DNA of 32,000 nt, taken from positions 600,001 through 632,000 of the forward strand of contig NZ_CP042905.2 in assembly GCF_008000775.2 (NCBI RefSeq), given 5' to 3'. Both the position numbers and the translations under genes were made by a program. Origin of the DNA: Promethearchaeum syntrophicum (lineage in GTDB: Archaea > Asgardarchaeota > Lokiarchaeia > Sigyniarchaeales > Promethearchaeaceae). Of the stretch, positions 6,707-15,352 are shown one piece after another; positions within the stretch are counted from its first letter, which is position 1, and every line of letters begins with the position of its first letter. A model generated the notes under the pieces. The model did not search any database, was not told where the DNA came from, and worked only from the letters and a program-made list of their open reading frames with translations.

Positions 6707-9469
6707 ATGAGCAATGAAGAAAATAAGAAAGCTGATATCAAACTTAAGAAAAGTCACGTAATGATTGCAATATTAATAGGAACAATTGTACTTGGTATTG
6801 GTGCTTTGCGCCTACTTCACCATGATTTCAATATTGTAAGTCTGTATAACGATGATGAAATCGAATTTGATGTTTATGTTTCAGGATCGTATGCGTATGT
6901 AACGATATATCAGGATGGTTTAAAGGTTCTAGATATTTCCGATCCGACCAATCTGGTGGAAGTGGGACATTTTGATGATGGTGATGGTGGTGCAGAAAAG
7001 GTTTTTGTTTCGGAATCGTATGCGTATGTGGCGACAGATGAGGATGGTTTAAAGGTTATTGATATATCCGATCCCACCAATCCGGTGAAAGTGGGACATT
7101 TTGATGATGGTGATTATCCAGAAAGTGTTTATGTTTCTGGTTCATATGCTTATGTAGGGTATAATTATGATGCTGAAGGTTTGAAGATTATCGACATTTC
7201 CAATCCAACATCCCCCACGAAGGTTGGATTCTTTGACGATGGCAGTGATTATGCGCAAAATATTTATGTTTCCGGATCGTATGCTTACATAGCGGAAGCT
7301 GGGGATGGTTTGGCGATTCTCAACATTTCCAATCCAACAACTCCCACGAAAGTGGGACATTTTGATGATGGATTTGTACAGGATGTTTATGTTTCGGGAT
7401 CGTATGCGTATATTGTGGTAGGTAGTGATGGGTTAGCAATACTTAACATTTCTGATCCGACCGATCCAGTGGAAGTGGGGTATTTTGATGGTAGTGGTGG
7501 TGCAGAAAGTGTTTATGTTTCGGGATTGTATGCGTATGTGGCGACAGATGAGGAAGGTTTAAAGGTTATTGATATTTCCGATCCGACCAATCCAGTGGAA
7601 GTAGGACATTTTGATGATGGGGGAAATCTTAAAGAAGTGTTTGTGATCGGAGGTTATGCCTACGTTATCGATTGGAGAGATGGTTTGGAAATCATTGATC
7701 TTTGGAGCCCAAAAGAAAAAATTTCAAATAATATTCTATGGGGAATTATGGGTATTCTCATTTTTCTCACTCTGGTTGATCTCCGGGGCCTTATCAAGGA
7801 AGCTCTACCAATCTGGGAAGATTATCGAGATTTCAAGGATGAAGGGAAGAGAATAAAAATATTGGGTATATGTAAGGGTTTTTTCTTGACAATAGGAATA
7901 CATTTGGTTAATTTAATTATCCTTCTTCTATTTTGGAAACATCCCGATCCATATACATATCAAGTTATTCTAAAGTTCCTTATATTACCACTATTTATAA
8001 TATCCGTAGTAATTAACATTAAAATAATAACTCGAACTCTCAGACGAAATCGTATATACTTTTTCCTTGGATTGATATTTCCGTATTTAATGGCATTGCT
8101 TATTGGAATTTTCTTAATAATAAATTATATCATTATAAATGTTAGTCCAGGAACACTTCTTGTGAAAAATCCACAAGTTCACATAATTGTTCTTGGGTCA
8201 CTTAGCCTATCCCTTGGTATTCTATTGTTATTAATGTTAAAGATATATTCTAAAGAACAAGGGGATGGTCATCTAAAAGGAGAAAAAATGAAAGATGAAG
8301 AAAGAGAAAAAGAAGAAAAAAAGAAAATCGATACCAAACTCAAGAAAAGTCAGATTAATGCTGTGATATTATTAATCGGGTTAGTAGGACTTATTATTGG
8401 AGCAAGTTTTCTTCTTTATCATAATTTCAATATTATCGGGTATGTTGATAATGGTGGATTGGCAAATGATATTTATATTTCGGGGTCGTATGCGTACGTA
8501 GCGGATGGTCGTGATGGTTTAGAGATCATTGACATTTCTGAACCGACCGATCCAGTACAAGTGGGACAAATCTATGATGGTAGTGGAAATGCAAATAGTG
8601 TTGCTATTTCGGGGTCGTATGCGTACGTGGCGGATGGAACCGATGGTTTAGAGATTATTAACATTTCCGACCCGACCGCCCCCGTAAAAGTGGGAGAATT
8701 TTATGATGATAGTGGGGAGGCACTTGGCGTTGCTGTTTCGGGATCGTATGCGTACGTGGCGGATGGTCGTGATGGTTTAGAGATCATTGACATTTCCAAT
8801 CCGACCGATCCAGTACAAGTGGGTCAATTTGGACATTTCTATGATTATGGATATAGACGGGATGTTGCTGTTTCGGGGTCGTATGCGTACGTAGCGGATG
8901 GTCTTAATGGTTTAGAGATCATTGATATTTCCGATCCCACCACTCCTGTGGAAGTGGGACAAATTTATGATGGTGGAGATTCATATGGTGTTTCTGTTTC
9001 GGGATCGTATGCGTACGTGGCGGATGGTCGTGAAGGCTTAGAGATCATTGATATTTCCGATCCCACCACTCCCGTGGAAGTGGGACAAATCTATGCTGAT
9101 AAAGGATCTGCACGCGGTGTTTATATTTCGGGTTCGTATGCTTATGTCGCCCATAGTGAACATGGCTTAGAGATCGTTGACATTTCCGATCCGGCCAATC
9201 CGGTTGAAGTGGGAAACATCAATAGTTATAGTGGAAATGCACGTGGTGTTTCTGTTTCGGGTTCGTATGCTTACGTGGCGGATGGTCGTGGTGGTTTAGA
9301 GATTATCGATCCTTGGAGCTCAATAGAAATAATATCCAATATCATTCTTGGAATTCTAATCTTTCTGGTATTGGTGTTGATCTTCATTACATATTTAAAG
9401 AATTTTTACCACTCTAACGAGGATGTATCCAAAAAGATGGAGTATCAAAAATTGAATAATGATTATTGA
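6707..9469 (+). CDS. Membrane protein with two seven-repeat LVIVD (beta-propeller) modules separated by a polytopic TM region
   Basis: 920 aa with 7+7 repeats of SGSYAYVA..DGL.IIDISDPT.PV.VG. Both modules start with a basic segment plus TM helix (KKADIKLKKSHVMIAILIG.. and KKIDTKLKKSQINAVILLIG..) and end with D(L/P)WS plus a TM helix. Confidence 0.85.
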   Translation: MSNEENKKADIKLKKSHVMIAILIGTIVLGIGALRLLHHDFNIVSLYNDDEIEFDVYVSGSYAYVTIYQDGLKVLDISDPTNLVEVGHFDDGDGGAEKVFVSESYAYVATDEDGLKVIDISDPTNPVKVGHFDDGDYPESVYVSGSYAYVGYNYDAEGLKIIDISNPTSPTKVGFFDDGSDYAQNIYVSGSYAYIAEAGDGLAILNISNPTTPTKVGHFDDGFVQDVYVSGSYAYIVVGSDGLAILNISDPTDPVEVGYFDGSGGAESVYVSGLYAYVATDEEGLKVIDISDPTNPVEVGHFDDGGNLKEVFVIGGYAYVIDWRDGLEIIDLWSPKEKISNNILWGIMGILIFLTLVDLRGLIKEALPIWEDYRDFKDEGKRIKILGICKGFFLTIGIHLVNLIILLLFWKHPDPYTYQVILKFLILPLFIISVVINIKIITRTLRRNRIYFFLGLIFPYLMALLIGIFLIINYIIINVSPGTLLVKNPQVHIIVLGSLSLSLGILLLLMLKIYSKEQGDGHLKGEKMKDEEREKEEKKKIDTKLKKSQINAVILLIGLVGLIIGASFLLYHNFNIIGYVDNGGLANDIYISGSYAYVADGRDGLEIIDISEPTDPVQVGQIYDGSGNANSVAISGSYAYVADGTDGLEIINISDPTAPVKVGEFYDDSGEALGVAVSGSYAYVADGRDGLEIIDISNPTDPVQVGQFGHFYDYGYRRDVAVSGSYAYVADGLNGLEIIDISDPTTPVEVGQIYDGGDSYGVSVSGSYAYVADGREGLEIIDISDPTTPVEVGQIYADKGSARGVYISGSYAYVAHSEHGLEIVDISDPANPVEVGNINSYSGNARGVSVSGSYAYVADGRGGLEIIDPWSSIEIISNIILGILIFLVLVLIFITYLKNFYHSNEDVSKKMEYQKLNNDY
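8440..9300 (+). repeat. Highly similar ~126-140-nt intragenic tandem repeats (LVIVD units of module B)
   Basis: Strings such as tcggggtcgtatgcgtacgt(a/g)gcggatggtcgtgatggtttagagatcattga(c/t)atttcc recur at about 8471, 8611, 8740, 8875, 9001, 9129 and 9257. Confidence 0.85.
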
Positions 9470-9470
9470 C

Positions 9471-9602
9471 AATTCCAACCCGACCACCCCTCTAAAAGTG
9501 GGACAGTTCGATCATGAAGAGTATGCACACAGTGTCTATGTAGTCGGAAACTTTGCTTACTTAATTGATTATTTTAATGTGTTTTTTTGTTTTTTTATTT
9601 AA
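9471..9602 (+). pseudogene. Orphan LVIVD repeat fragment directly after the stop of the 920-aa gene, in another frame
   Basis: Hand translation from 9471 gives NSNPTTPLKVGQFDHEEYAHSVYVVGNFAYLIDYFNVFFCFFI*. This is one LVIVD unit with no start codon, shifted +1 relative to the upstream ORF. Confidence 0.5.
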
Positions 9603-9722
9603 TTTTTAATGATAAAGTTTTTTTTAAAGCGAAATTTATCTTATTTAAGTAAAGTTATGAATTAAGTGAAAATTTAATTTTTAACCTTATTTGAAAATTA
9701 ATAAAAAACGGTTTGAAATAAA

Positions 9723-9974
9723 ATGGCTAACGGTACAGTTAAATGGTTTAATGGTCGTAAAGGTTTTGGTTTTATCACTCCTGCTGAAGGAGAAAAAGAC
9801 GTTTTCGTTCATTACAGTGCTATTCAAGTTGCAGAGAATGAATTTGCAACCTTAAACGAGAACGATGAAGTAGAGTACGAAGTAGTTGAGGGAGAAAAAG
9901 GCTTAGAAGCAAAGAACGTCACAATTACAAAGAAAGCACCTTATCAACCTCGAAATAGAAGAAATAACTATTAA
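9723..9974 (+). CDS. csp: Cold-shock domain protein (CspA family) with basic C-terminal tail
   Basis: 83 aa. [17 protein letters not shown] (RNP1-like KGFGFI) and DVFVHYSAI (RNP2-like VFVH). The tail is [14 protein letters not shown]. Confidence 0.9.
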   Translation: MANGTVKWFNGRKGFGFITPAEGEKDVFVHYSAIQVAENEFATLNENDEVEYEVVEGEKGLEAKNVTITKKAPYQPRNRRNNY

Positions 9975-10103
9975 GATTTAAGTATTTAGATTTAGTAATA
10001 AAATAAAATATTTATGCTGAAATTTTTGATTGAATGTATGGCATTACAATGCCCCTGAGATTTACCCTGTTGGGGTGGATTTATTTTTAGTTTTTTCCTA
10101 TAA
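9971..10103. repeat. Direct repeat R1 (left boundary of island); csp downstream/terminator region
   Basis: ttaagatttaagtatttag..tttatgctgaaatttttgattgaatgtatggcattacaatgcccctgagatttaccct..ggggtggatttattttt recurs at 22311-22434. By eye there are about 6 substitutions plus a 6-nt and a 5-nt indel. Confidence 0.9.
10040..10096 (+). terminator. Putative csp terminator: two short hairpins followed by T-runs
   Basis: ggcat-taca-atgcc (10040-10053), then accc-tgttg-gggt (10064-10076), then ttatttttagtttttt. Oligo-T tracts are known archaeal termination signals. The stems are short. Confidence 0.35.
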
Positions 10104-10105
10104 TC

Positions 10106-10168
10106 TTACTTATAATTTAAATTGAGTTGGTAGATTCTCCCAGTAGATGCCCAGAGCGACCTGTTTTT
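10106..10168 (-). pseudogene. Scrap homologous to the 3' end of the GNAT gene at 22438..22980
   Basis: ataatttaaattgagttggtagattctcccagtagatgcccagagcgacc aligns by eye with agaatttaatctgtgagtgaatattctcccagaagaaacccaaagcatcc (22440-22490). Similarity decays after about 60 nt. Confidence 0.5.
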
Positions 10169-10202
10169 AATTATTGGTTATGCTACACTTTACATGTAAA
10201 CA

Positions 10203-10271
10203 GAGGTAGAGTACGAAGTCGTTGAGGGAGAGAATGGTCTTTATCAATTTTGGAATAGAAAATTTATTTAG
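10203..10271 (+). pseudogene. Detached 3'-end fragment of a divergent csp allele
   Basis: It reads [22 protein letters not shown], against the intact csp [34 protein letters not shown]. Nucleotide identity is obvious (gtagagtacgaagt.gttgagggaga). It is 36 nt shorter, in frame, and has its own stop at 10269-10271. Confidence 0.7.
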
Positions 10272-10295
10272 GTAGAGAAAAAATTTAATAATGAG

Positions 10296-11921
10296 ATGCA
10301 ATTAAATGCACTACATTTCTCGGACTTACATTTTGGGCAATATAATTTAAAAGAAGAAGAAAAGAAGAGAGGAGATTTTGATAATTTCTTTTCCAATTTG
10401 CTACTTCAGTTGAAGAAAATTATTGTATCAGAGAAAATAAACCTAATCATCATATCTGGGGATTTTTGTTCAAGAAATCAATTTGAGGAGGATATCTTGA
10501 TTTCTTCAAACAAATATCTCGATGAATTTATAAACGTTTTCAAAGAAAAAGACATTTCAGTATTAATTTGTATAGGTAATCATGAAATTTCTCGTTCAAT
10601 GGATCATTCAAAAAGACAGAAATTATACTTTGAATTAATAAATCACATAAAAAAAGATCTAAATATCAATTTTTCAAAAAATTTTAATCGAAATATAATA
10701 TCATATAAGATTTTCAAACAACAACAAAAAATTTTCTTTAGCATGGATAGTACCTTCAGTTTGACAAAAGAAGGGGAATGGGAAAATTCAAGTTTAAATC
10801 TGAAGGATATAGATGAATTTCTTAATGAAATAAATTCCCAAATAAATCTAACAAATTATGATAAATACATTATATCTCATCATGGACTTTTAGACATGCC
10901 CAATAATCAAGATATAATCGAAGGTTTACATGCTCGAAAAATCTATTACATATTTTCAGGACACAAACATGATAAATATTACATACCTTTTCATATTCCT
11001 GGAGAAAAACTACCTATTAATAATTATATTGCTGGGTCAATTCTTCTTTCTCAAAAACGGAGAGCAGAATCAAAATCTTGGATTCCCGCAGATCTTCAAT
11101 TTAATCAATATTCTTTTGAAAAAAGTTATAGTAAAGATATTGTTAATGCTTGGTATTGGCGTTATAATTCAAATGCACGATGGGTTAAAGAAGAATTAAA
11201 AATAAATCGAGAAGATAATGGTACTAAATGCGGAATTTTTTCTCAAATGGTTCCAAATTATAAAGAATCTTTTGATTTCCTTCTTGATATTAATCAAAAA
11301 TTTGATGAAAATTCTCAATGTATTACCAGTTGGGAAGATATAAACAAAGATATTCTGAATTTTTCTCAAAAAATTCATAATAATAATAAATTAAAAAAGA
11401 TTTTATTTGATGGGAATACGCACCTCTCAATAGGGTTCTCATTCGGGTATCAATTTAGACAAACAACTGGATATAAAATTTCGTACAAAAATCAATTAAC
11501 TAATCAAACATGGAATCTTGAAGAATTGAATTTTTCGGAAATAGGTCCAGATTTGGAAATAGATGTTGATATCGGCGATGAAGATAATAAATATTCAGTT
11601 ATAATAATTAATATTGGAAGTCGTGATGTAGTAAATCCAACTAAAGAATATCTTCTGAATAAAAAAATCAAATTTGAGAAATTGTTAAGTTTCAAATATT
11701 CACCAACCCTAACTACTCAAATAATTACTCCACTAATAAATTCCATAATTGATACAATTTCAAATGAGATTTCGAATTATAAAAAATATTATTTGTTTAT
11801 TGCTGGTCCACTTGCATTTTTTGGATTGTTGGCTACAAAATTTAATATGATAACACCATTACAATTACATGAATTTAGCCGAACAGAGAAAAATTATTTT
11901 CCAAGCATGTTGTTAATTTAA
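10296..11921 (+). CDS. CBASS effector candidate: calcineurin-like metallophosphoesterase fused to a C-terminal SAVED-like sensor domain
   Basis: 541 aa. The MPE motifs occur in order: FSDLHFG (DxH), IISGDF (GD), CIGNHE (GNHE), ISHHG, FSGHKHD (GHxH). The C-terminal ~200 aa end in KKYYLFIAGPLAFFGLLATKFN..LQLHEF, the hallmark SAVED ending. The gene lies directly upstream of the CD-NTase. Confidence 0.7.
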   Translation: MQLNALHFSDLHFGQYNLKEEEKKRGDFDNFFSNLLLQLKKIIVSEKINLIIISGDFCSRNQFEEDILISSNKYLDEFINVFKEKDISVLICIGNHEISRSMDHSKRQKLYFELINHIKKDLNINFSKNFNRNIISYKIFKQQQKIFFSMDSTFSLTKEGEWENSSLNLKDIDEFLNEINSQINLTNYDKYIISHHGLLDMPNNQDIIEGLHARKIYYIFSGHKHDKYYIPFHIPGEKLPINNYIAGSILLSQKRRAESKSWIPADLQFNQYSFEKSYSKDIVNAWYWRYNSNARWVKEELKINREDNGTKCGIFSQMVPNYKESFDFLLDINQKFDENSQCITSWEDINKDILNFSQKIHNNNKLKKILFDGNTHLSIGFSFGYQFRQTTGYKISYKNQLTNQTWNLEELNFSEIGPDLEIDVDIGDEDNKYSVIIINIGSRDVVNPTKEYLLNKKIKFEKLLSFKYSPTLTTQIITPLINSIIDTISNEISNYKKYYLFIAGPLAFFGLLATKFNMITPLQLHEFSRTEKNYFPSMLLI

Positions 11922-11990
11922 ATTAATAAACCACAAAACCACATTTTTATAAATTCAAGTTTTATTTTGAATAATAAGGGGTAAAAAAAA

Positions 11991-12977
11991 ATGGCAAAAA
12001 CTGTATCTGCTGCTTTTGAAGAATTTAAAACTTTAATTGAGCCATCTCCAGAAGAAAGGAAAAAAATTATTACTCGACATGAATATATTCGCAATAATAT
12101 ATCAGAATTCATTACTCTTGATAAGAACAATAGTAGTTTTCTATCAGGTTCTTATATTAGATCTACTCAGATAACACCCGTAAATGATGTTGACATAGTA
12201 TTGGTTTTAGACAAAGATACTTATTATGATAAATATAAAACTGAAATTGTAAAACTATTAGAACATATAAAACGAATGTTGAAAAAACTTGGAAATTATC
12301 AGACAACAGAAATGCGAAAACAAACTCATTCTATTGGGATGTTGTTAAGACATGGAGCGAAAGTAGATATTGTTCCTGCATTTTTAAAGAATTCGGAAGA
12401 AAACATATATGAAATACTTGATAAGGATAAGAATTGCTATATCGAAACCGCTCCACAGAATCATAAAGAATTGATTTCAAATTATAATAAAGAAATCAAT
12501 AACTTCATTCCAGTAGTCAAAATGTTAAAAAATTGGAAAAATACTATAAATAATCAACTAATTAATGATAAGTTCAAGATAAAATCTTTTCATTTAGAAT
12601 TGTTAGCGATAAATGCAATTAATAATAGTTTCAGTGGATACCGTGATGGAATAATTCAATTTTTCCAAAATGCAGAACAATTAACCCTAAAAAAGTTAGA
12701 AGATCCATTAGGTATTAGTGGAGATATTTCTTCATATTTATCATCTGAACAAAAAAAAACTTTAAATGAAAAAATAGAAGCAATTAACGAAAAAATCAAT
12801 AAATTACGTGATTATGAATCAAAGGGAGAACATCAAAAAGCAATTTCTGGGTGGAGACAGATTCTCGGTCACCCATTCCCAGATAAAGAAAAATCAACAT
12901 CCCAGAATAATCAAACTCAAGAAAAAAGAGAGACAAAACATCCAAAACATGGGAAGAATTATATATTTGGGAAATAA
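11991..12977 (+). CDS. cdn: cGAS/DncV-like nucleotidyltransferase (CD-NTase, SMODS-type)
   Basis: 328 aa. Pol-beta NTase core LSGSYIRSTQITPVNDVDIVLVLD (GS...DxD; Asp codons 12186-12188 and 12192-12194) with the third acidic residue in GAKVDIVPAF. Followed by Cap2 and Cap3. Long polar C-terminal tail ending ..NYIFGK. Confidence 0.85.
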   Translation: MAKTVSAAFEEFKTLIEPSPEERKKIITRHEYIRNNISEFITLDKNNSSFLSGSYIRSTQITPVNDVDIVLVLDKDTYYDKYKTEIVKLLEHIKRMLKKLGNYQTTEMRKQTHSIGMLLRHGAKVDIVPAFLKNSEENIYEILDKDKNCYIETAPQNHKELISNYNKEINNFIPVVKMLKNWKNTINNQLINDKFKIKSFHLELLAINAINNSFSGYRDGIIQFFQNAEQLTLKKLEDPLGISGDISSYLSSEQKKTLNEKIEAINEKINKLRDYESKGEHQKAISGWRQILGHPFPDKEKSTSQNNQTQEKRETKHPKHGKNYIFGK

Positions 12978-12986
12978 AATATTAAA

Positions 12987-14792
12987 ATGAATCGAACTCA
13001 ATATTTGAAATTATTAAATAATCTATCTACATTGAAAGATGGGTATAATATTAAACAAATTTCATATGGAAAGAATAAAATAATTAGCGCTCGGTTTAGA
13101 TATGGGGAAAATGATATTAAATATGCCAAAATATTTATATCAGACGAATTTCCTCTAATTCCTCCAAAGGTATGGTTGTTTGATGATATAAGATTAGAAA
13201 AAATATCAGATTTTCAATGGACTACTCATAAGAATTCTGACGATTCAATTTGTTTATTTACTGGATCGTTAAGTGATAATAGCTGGCGTTATCAAGATTC
13301 AATTTTTAAAATCTTTTTAAAAATCGAAGCTTTTCTCACTCAATGCCTTTCCAATACGATATCAGACGATCATTCAACTATATTCTATCCTGTACCAGGA
13401 AGACCTCAAGATCCTGTAGTTTTTATGTTTTATGAGGACTTTCATGAAGCTAAGAAAAATTCTGAAAATGAATTATTTCTATATTCGTTTTTAGACAATA
13501 GACCTGCGTTTTTACTTACATTAAAAAAAAATAAAAATGATTTTGATGTGATTAAAGAAAAATATGGATGGATTATTAATCCATATTATCAAAAAGCGTA
13601 TATTGTATTTTTAAATACAAATATATTAGATTTTAGAAGAAATTTAAAAGGTGAAATTAATTTTGAGAAAATTGTATCAGAATATTTAGAAGAGAATATC
13701 AATCTCTCAAATTATGATTATTTTGCCTTTTTTTTTAAAGATAGTGTCATTTCCGATGAACTCATTATAAAAACTTCCCAATTCAATCCTCTTTTATCCT
13801 ATCTATATGATTTAAAAGGAAAGAAGTTTGAAAATATTAATAAAATTCCTCATTTTAAAATAATCGGATTTAACCCTACTTATGATCTTTATCAAAGAAC
13901 TTATGGAGTTTTAGAAAAAATGATTGATTCAATTGAAGAAAAATCTTTATTAATTATAGGACTTGGTTCTATGGGCTCAACAATTGCGCTTGAATTGGCT
14001 AAATCAGGATTCAGGAAATTTAGTTTAGTAGATCCAGATATCCTAAATCCAGTGAACGTTTGCAGACATATTGGATTTTTATCAGATATTGGGAAACACA
14101 AAGTAGAGATTGTTAGAGAACAGATTATGCAAAAAAATCCATATGCAGATGTTGTTCCCTATCCAAATGATTTATTTTTGAACAAAAACTTGCCAATCTT
14201 AGCACATCTTATCAAAGAATCCGATATAATTATTGATACGACCGCAGTTGAATCTGTTGGTATGCTGATAAATAAATTTGCATTAGAGTTAAATAAAGTA
14301 GCTATTTATTGTTATTGTTATCGTAATGCTATTCTTGGAAGAATTTTTAAAGTAATTCCAAAAAGAACTCCTTGTTATAGTTGTGTTCAACAGAGTTTAA
14401 TGAAAGACGAAGGTTATTTTTCTAGTTTGGGAAAAAATTCTTCCGAGGATGATGATTTGAATGGAAATGTATATTTCGAAGGATATTCTGAACCAGGGAT
14501 ACCTGGAATAAGTATCGATATTAATTTTGTAAATTTATTTGTATGCAAATTCATTATTGAAACGTTAAAAAAAGAATTACATCAAATTCCGATGTTAAAA
14601 GCAGATCATTATTTGTGGCAAAATTCCCCAACTAAGTATGGAAATGAGCAGGTTGGTTTTATTCCTATTGGTGACGAAATTCAAAAGGATCGAAACTGTA
14701 AGTTTTGTGGATCTTCTTTAAAATTACAGAATTCTGGAAAACATCGTAAAACCGAACAAAAGATCCAAAAACTCGAAAAAAAACTTAAATAA
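12987..14792 (+). CDS. cap2: Cap2: fused E2-like (UBC) and E1-like (ThiF/MoeB adenylation) enzyme
   Basis: 601 aa. E2 signatures: FPLIPPKVWLF (compare eukaryotic YPxxPPKVxF) and TTHKNSDDSICLF (HxN...C). E1 Rossmann: LLIIGLGSMGSTIALELAKSGFRKFSLVDPDILNPVNVCRHIG. Cys pairs: CYSC and CKFCG. Confidence 0.9.
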   Translation: MNRTQYLKLLNNLSTLKDGYNIKQISYGKNKIISARFRYGENDIKYAKIFISDEFPLIPPKVWLFDDIRLEKISDFQWTTHKNSDDSICLFTGSLSDNSWRYQDSIFKIFLKIEAFLTQCLSNTISDDHSTIFYPVPGRPQDPVVFMFYEDFHEAKKNSENELFLYSFLDNRPAFLLTLKKNKNDFDVIKEKYGWIINPYYQKAYIVFLNTNILDFRRNLKGEINFEKIVSEYLEENINLSNYDYFAFFFKDSVISDELIIKTSQFNPLLSYLYDLKGKKFENINKIPHFKIIGFNPTYDLYQRTYGVLEKMIDSIEEKSLLIIGLGSMGSTIALELAKSGFRKFSLVDPDILNPVNVCRHIGFLSDIGKHKVEIVREQIMQKNPYADVVPYPNDLFLNKNLPILAHLIKESDIIIDTTAVESVGMLINKFALELNKVAIYCYCYRNAILGRIFKVIPKRTPCYSCVQQSLMKDEGYFSSLGKNSSEDDDLNGNVYFEGYSEPGIPGISIDINFVNLFVCKFIIETLKKELHQIPMLKADHYLWQNSPTKYGNEQVGFIPIGDEIQKDRNCKFCGSSLKLQNSGKHRKTEQKIQKLEKKLK

Positions 14793-14812
14793 TTTAATAT
14801 GGGTGCTTTGAA

Positions 14813-15271
14813 ATGAAAAGAAAGAAACTTCAATTTTCAACAGAAATTATTCATCAGCTATTTGCTGAAATAAAAAATGAAAGAGTTGAGAATTGTGGTG
14901 CTTTAATAGGAAAGCAAATAGATAGCACTTTGTTTAGAGTGACTAATTATGTTAAAGATGATAAACCAATATTTCAATCAAGATTCAACATTCAACGGAA
15001 TACGAATAATTTATATCATTTGATTAATGAAATTGTTAAAAAAAAAGAAGAAGAAGTTGATTATATAGGTGAGTGGCACTCACACCCAAATTCTTCATGT
15101 ATTTATAGTCAAATCGATTTTCTAACCATGAATATGATGATTAATGACCCTGATTACTCCTTTTTAAATGAGATCATACTATTTATTGTAGGAAAAAACC
15201 GTTGTATGAATGCTTTTCTTTTTAGTAAGTCTCGAAATCGACCTATTTCATTAAAAATAATTGTAAAATAA
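14813..15271 (+). CDS. cap3: Cap3: JAB/JAMM (MPN+) isopeptidase
   Basis: 152 aa. Upstream Glu in VENCGALIG, and the JAMM motif GEWHSHPNSSCIYSQIDFLT (HxHx7Sx2D). Confidence 0.9.
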   Translation: MKRKKLQFSTEIIHQLFAEIKNERVENCGALIGKQIDSTLFRVTNYVKDDKPIFQSRFNIQRNTNNLYHLINEIVKKKEEEVDYIGEWHSHPNSSCIYSQIDFLTMNMMINDPDYSFLNEIILFIVGKNRCMNAFLFSKSRNRPISLKIIVK

Positions 15272-15352
15272 TATCAGATTTTTCAATTATGAGAAAAATT
15301 TCTTACTCTTGATTCATAGGGAAGGTAATTTTTATATTACAATGAATAAACA

